Under the pieces are notes generated by a model. That model was not told where the DNA came from, did no database searches, and saw nothing but the letters and a program-made list of their open reading frames with translations. The translations under genes were made by a program, and so were the position numbers. This document shows positions 59,715-64,000 of a stretch of DNA of 64,000 nt, in pieces. This stretch comes from Spirochaetales bacterium (GTDB lineage: Bacteria > Spirochaetota > Spirochaetia > SZUA-6 > RPPD01): the NCBI GenBank assembly GCA_016930675.1, contig JAFGGG010000043.1, positions 8,748-72,747 on the forward strand, given 5' to 3'. Position 1 is the first letter of the stretch; the number at the start of each line of letters is the position of its first letter.

Positions 59715-60040
59715 TCCTTTTTATTGCGGTAGTTTTTCGGCCTTAGATAACTGGTAAAACCGCCTCCCCGGCGCAGGAGTCTGAGCTTGATAATGACGGA
59801 TTCTGTGGTTTTTCTGTACTGCTCCTGAGTTATGGAGAGTCTCTCCTGCAATATCAACTCCTCCCCTACCCTTCTCCTTTTCTCTTTGGAAAGAAGCGAA
59901 AGCGCGTATGCTCTATCGTTTTCATCCATATAGAGAAAAGCAAGCGACAGCTCTCTATCACTTAAAGTCATAAGTGAATTCTGCACGTCGATACGGGGCA
60001 GGGTCTTTATTAATTTCACCAAGGTATTATTCAACATCAT
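59711..60040 (-). CDS. Small FliG C-terminal-domain-like protein
   Basis: DVQN.L..L.DRELSLAF..M and II.KLR.LR..G patterns. Confidence 0.55.
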   Translation of the reverse strand: MMLNNTLVKLIKTLPRIDVQNSLMTLSDRELSLAFLYMDENDRAYALSLLSKEKRRRVGEELILQERLSITQEQYRKTTESVIIKLRLLRRGGGFTSYLRPKNYRNKKD

Positions 60041-60155
60041 GTTTCTTGTATACCTATAACATAATTAATAACCGTACCAAAAAAAATTTATTTCTTGCTT
60101 TTTAACGGTATTGGTTTATAATGATAAAAAACCTTATAAAAGAAAGGAGAAATTT

Positions 60156-60359
60156 ATGAAAAGAATAATTTTTCTCGCCATCGTATTATTATTTGTTTTT
60201 GGTATGATGAATTGTAAAACCGACCCCGAAAAAGTGGCAAAAGAAACAGCTTGTAATGAAGCTTATGAGCAATGCGCGGATGAAGCAGGAGGGGATGACG
60301 CAGCTCTTATTCTTTGTGAAGAAGCCAGACAACAGTGTTTGGAAGAGATTAATAAATAG
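60156..60359 (+). CDS. Small cysteine-rich lipoprotein
   Basis: AAGGAG RBS; lipobox MMNC; twin CX6C; own terminator. Confidence 0.8.
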   Translation: MKRIIFLAIVLLFVFGMMNCKTDPEKVAKETACNEAYEQCADEAGGDDAALILCEEARQQCLEEINK

Positions 60360-60387
60360 TTGTCATTGCGTGTCAAGTAACACAAAG

Positions 60388-60411
60388 GGGGCCAGAAAGG
60401 CCCCTTTTTTT
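60388..60411 (+). terminator. Intrinsic terminator
   Basis: GGGGCC-AGAAA-GGCCCC followed by T7. Confidence 0.88.
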
Positions 60412-60506
60412 ATAAATATATAAAATTATTTGCTATAACTTTCAGATCGCTTATACTATTAATAAGAAATCCATGACGGGTATAGACAAATTGTATTTTC
60501 ACGGCA

Positions 60507-63500
60507 ATGAATAAAAAAACCTACGACCAACTGAAAAACGAACTTGAAAGCTGTCGCAAGGAAATCAAAAAATTACAGCAACAATTAAAAACTCATGCTG
60601 CCGCCATCTCCAAACTGAATAAAACAAAACAAGCATTACTGGAAAGTGAACAAAAATTGGAATCCCTTACCCAAGAAGCGGCTGACGCTATTATAATCGC
60701 TTCTGCGAAAGGCGCGCTTTTCGTAAACAAAAAGCTGATTGATATGCTTGGATACAGCAAAAAGGAGCTTTTGGGTGCCACATCTTTCAAGAACTTTGTA
60801 CCTCCTGATGATCTGTCGAAAATAGAGACGCTCTTTCGTAAAAGATTAAAGGGCGCCGGGCCAACTTGGACCTACCGCGTCAGATTAATCTGCAAAAATA
60901 AAAAAATAATACCGGTTGAAATCTCCTCCTCCTTTATCAAATGGCAGGGCCAACCCGCTTCTTTTGCTCTTATACGTGATATTACGGAAAGAGTTGATAT
61001 AGAAGAAAAATTGCTGTTACGCGAAAAGCTTTTTCAACTCATTACCGCTATGTCCACCGAGTTTGTGAATATATCAGTAGAAAACATCGGTAAAGGTATA
61101 TATAAGGCCCTGCAATCCATCTGTGAATTTGCCGGTGTGGACCGCGGGTATATCTTCGAATTCCATGACCACAGAAAAAAGATGAGCAACACCTATGAAT
61201 GGTGCGCCAAAGGAATCAAATCACAAAAAGCAAGACTGCAGGGATTAAATCTCGACACCTACACCTGGGCCGTTTCTTATTTTCTCAAGAACAAGGTCCT
61301 GTACTGTCCGAAAATATCCGAGCTTCCTCCGGAAGCGGAACCTGCCAGATCGGAATTCATGGGCGCGGGTATAAAATCCTTGCTCTGCGTTCCTCTTATT
61401 GTGGGAAAACAGGTAAAGGGCTGCATGGGATTTGATTCGGTAAAAGAAGAAAAAATCTGGGAACCGGATCTCATCATCCTTTTACAGATAGCGGCGGAAA
61501 CTGTTGCCAACGCCCTGGAGCGAAAGGCGTCTGAAGCAGCCCTTAGAGAGAGTGAGGAGAAGTTTTTTAAGTTGTTTCATACAAGCATGGATCCCATGGC
61601 AATCAGCGGTATTAACAGCGGTATTTTCATGGATGTTAATGAGGCTTTTCTAAAATCCCTGAAGTTCAAGAAAACCGAAGTAATAGGCAACAGTTCTAGC
61701 AGTCTTAATATATGGATCGATCTTAAACAAAGAAACAAGGTCATTTCTTGTGTAAAACAAAAGGGATCATGCAAAGATTTCGAGGTCCGGATAAGAAAAA
61801 AAACAGGAGAAATTATCCATGGTCTTTTTTCAGCTTCGTCTATTGAATTAACATCAGGACCTGTGCTTTTTACCACGCTTAAAGACATTACGGAACGCAA
61901 ACATGCGGAACAAGCCTTAAAAGAAAGTGAAGAGAAATATCGCACCCTGTTTAATAGCGCCGGTGATGCCGTGTTTCAGGTTCGCTTAAACGACGATATG
62001 ATTATAGACGCCAACCTGGAATGCACGGAAATGCTGGGATATACACATACCGAGTTTTTACACATGTCACTATGGGACCTCCATCCGGAGCATGAAAGGC
62101 GAAAGGCGGGAACTCTTAAAGAACAGGCACGTGCTTACGGCAGATTCCAGGATGTGGAAGGTTTTTCTTATCTGCATAAAAAAGGAAATCTCATACCTGT
62201 AAGCATTACCTGCGTTAACATCCGGAAAAGCCCCGTCCCCTTTGCCATTATTCATGTACATGATATTACCGAACGCAAACAAGCGGAAGCTGCCTTAAAA
62301 GAGAGTGAGGAAAAATTCAGAACCATAGCGGAGCAGTCCATTATCGGTATTGCTGTGGTTCAGGGGATGAGCGTTGTCTATATCAATCAGGCCTATGCCG
62401 ATATACTGGGTTACAGCCCGGATGAAATTCTGGAATGGAAGCCCGGAGAGCTTTTCAAGATAATTCATCCTGATGATAAAGATTATGTAACCGAGCAGGC
62501 CTCCAGGAAAGAAGCGGCCACCATCGGCTATATCGTGCATTATCACTATCGTATTATAAGTAAAACCGGAGAAACAAAGACTATTTCTATCTATTCCAAA
62601 ACCATAAACTATCAGGGAAAAAACGCTTTTTTTGTTATTGCCAGCGATATAACTGCCCAGAAAAAGGCTGAAGAGAGTTTAAAAACAAGTGAAGAACGGC
62701 TATCCTTGGCGCTTGAAGCCACAAACGACGGGTTATGGGACTGGGATCTTGTTCATGACACAAGCTACACCAGTCCGAGGTGCTACGAAATATTGGGAAC
62801 TAAACCGGGTGAATCAGCGAATGTTCTTAAAAGGTGGAGAGATGTAGTGTGCCCGGACTATATCCCCGAAGCCGAAGCAAAGCTTCAAGAGTGTTTAAGC
62901 GGAAAGACACAGACATTCAGCTTCGAATATCGAGCAATGACATATGATATAAAAGAAAAATGGATTTTAACCCGCGCCAAGGTTGTTGAGTATGACAAAC
63001 AGGGAAAGCCTGTCCGGATTGTAGGCACGCATACGGATATTACCCATCAAAAACAAATGGAAGAGCGTCTGCTGCATTCCGAAAAAATGGAAGCCATAGG
63101 TCAGCTGGCAGGAGGCATAGCTCACGACTTCAATAACCAGCTGTCAAGCATTGTGGGCTATATCGAACTCCTGCAGGAAGGAGTGAAGGACCGCTCTGAG
63201 CTCGTTGAATATACGGAAAACATCATGACCGCGACCAAAAGGGCATCCGATCTTACCGCGCAGCTACTGGCCTTCGCCCGTAAAGGCAAATATCAAACCG
63301 TTCCTGTGGACGTGCACAAAACGATCCATGAAGTGATCTCATTACTCCGGCATAGCATCGACAAGCGAATTGTGCTGACCACGCATCTACACGCGTCGCC
63401 GCCGTTTATTTTAGGTGATCCCACCCAGCTTCAAAACGCGCTGCTTAATCTGGCTCTTAATGCCCGGGACGCCATGCCCAAAGGAGGAGGGATGACCTTT

Positions 63501-64000
63501 TCCACAAATCTTGTCACCCTAAACAAACAGTTCTGCAAGCAGAGTCCTTTTGAACTTCGCCCCGGCGAGTATCTTAAAATCGATGTCATTGACGCAGGTG
63601 GGGGTATGGACAAGGAAACACAAAAACATATTTTCGAACCTTTTTTTACTACCAAACCGTATGGCAAAGGCACGGGCATGGGTATGGCAGCCGTTTATGG
63701 CACTGTAAAAAATCATAAAGGAGCCATTGAGGTGTTAAGTACAGTCGGCAGGGGCACTACCATACAGCTCTACTTCCCGCACCTCACGCTTAAAACAGAC
63801 ATCAAACAACCTCCGGACCAGAAGGTAGAGATCGTAAAGGGATCCGCACATGTGCTGCTCGCGGACGACGAAGAGATGATCAGGGAGGTGGGCAGTATAA
63901 TGTTGAACAGTTTGGGTTACAAGGTAAGTCTTTGCGCAAACGGCGCCGAAGCCGTCGAGCTTTACAAAAAAGCATGGCACCATATCGACCTTATAATTTT
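60507..64000 (+). CDS. Multi-PAS/GAF hybrid sensor histidine kinase (3' end runs off the window)
   Basis: Absent from the ORF track because it has no stop. MNKKTYDQLK.. start, PAS repeats (DITERK), GAF, LAGGIAHDFNN, NARDAM, FEPFFTTK, GTGMG, start of REC (LLADDE). Confidence 0.92.
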   Translation, partial: MNKKTYDQLKNELESCRKEIKKLQQQLKTHAAAISKLNKTKQALLESEQKLESLTQEAADAIIIASAKGALFVNKKLIDMLGYSKKELLGATSFKNFVPPDDLSKIETLFRKRLKGAGPTWTYRVRLICKNKKIIPVEISSSFIKWQGQPASFALIRDITERVDIEEKLLLREKLFQLITAMSTEFVNISVENIGKGIYKALQSICEFAGVDRGYIFEFHDHRKKMSNTYEWCAKGIKSQKARLQGLNLDTYTWAVSYFLKNKVLYCPKISELPPEAEPARSEFMGAGIKSLLCVPLIVGKQVKGCMGFDSVKEEKIWEPDLIILLQIAAETVANALERKASEAALRESEEKFFKLFHTSMDPMAISGINSGIFMDVNEAFLKSLKFKKTEVIGNSSSSLNIWIDLKQRNKVISCVKQKGSCKDFEVRIRKKTGEIIHGLFSASSIELTSGPVLFTTLKDITERKHAEQALKESEEKYRTLFNSAGDAVFQVRLNDDMIIDANLECTEMLGYTHTEFLHMSLWDLHPEHERRKAGTLKEQARAYGRFQDVEGFSYLHKKGNLIPVSITCVNIRKSPVPFAIIHVHDITERKQAEAALKESEEKFRTIAEQSIIGIAVVQGMSVVYINQAYADILGYSPDEILEWKPGELFKIIHPDDKDYVTEQASRKEAATIGYIVHYHYRIISKTGETKTISIYSKTINYQGKNAFFVIASDITAQKKAEESLKTSEERLSLALEATNDGLWDWDLVHDTSYTSPRCYEILGTKPGESANVLKRWRDVVCPDYIPEAEAKLQECLSGKTQTFSFEYRAMTYDIKEKWILTRAKVVEYDKQGKPVRIVGTHTDITHQKQMEERLLHSEKMEAIGQLAGGIAHDFNNQLSSIVGYIELLQEGVKDRSELVEYTENIMTATKRASDLTAQLLAFARKGKYQTVPVDVHKTIHEVISLLRHSIDKRIVLTTHLHASPPFILGDPTQLQNALLNLALNARDAMPKGGGMTFSTNLVTLNKQFCKQSPFELRPGEYLKIDVIDAGGGMDKETQKHIFEPFFTTKPYGKGTGMGMAAVYGTVKNHKGAIEVLSTVGRGTTIQLYFPHLTLKTDIKQPPDQKVEIVKGSAHVLLADDEEMIREVGSIMLNSLGYKVSLCANGAEAVELYKKAWHHIDLII

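Noticed and set aside
60593-63983. Short ORFs listed in the last 3.5 kb
   Set aside because: All overlap the long plus-strand kinase frame starting at 60507.

Overview
This 64 kb window is a gene-dense chromosomal segment, most likely from a free-living anaerobic spirochaete. The evidence is ileS followed by a TP0453-like lipoprotein, spirochaete-type OmpA, HDOD and acyltransferase genes, and many N-x-C lipoproteins. Housekeeping genes (mtnA, fused pyrF-pyrE, aconitase, suhB, type 2 ileS, hisH/hisF, ndk, folD) are interspersed with many signalling genes: ECF sigma/FecR, FHA, PilZ, 7TM-PAS-LuxR, MerR, HDOD, MCP, adenylate cyclase, TetR, HD-GYP response regulator and two hybrid kinases. I saw no rRNA, tRNA, CRISPR array, transposase or phage gene. 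Main points of interest: (1) an operon pairing a c-type-heme-sensor adenylate cyclase with a cytochrome P460-family lipoprotein, near a heme-type DOMON lipoprotein; (2) a 1446-aa PlsA/Ger-like putative ether-lipid/plasmalogen synthase; (3) two copies of a 121-bp MITE, each with its own 4-bp target-site duplication; (4) a four-copy dispersed hairpin family; (5) a decaying 20-25 kb island with a 7TM-PAS-LuxR gene, its doubly deleted paralog, a frameshifted TPR gene and an amber-interrupted gene. All calls come from motif recognition by eye, and no database searches were run.
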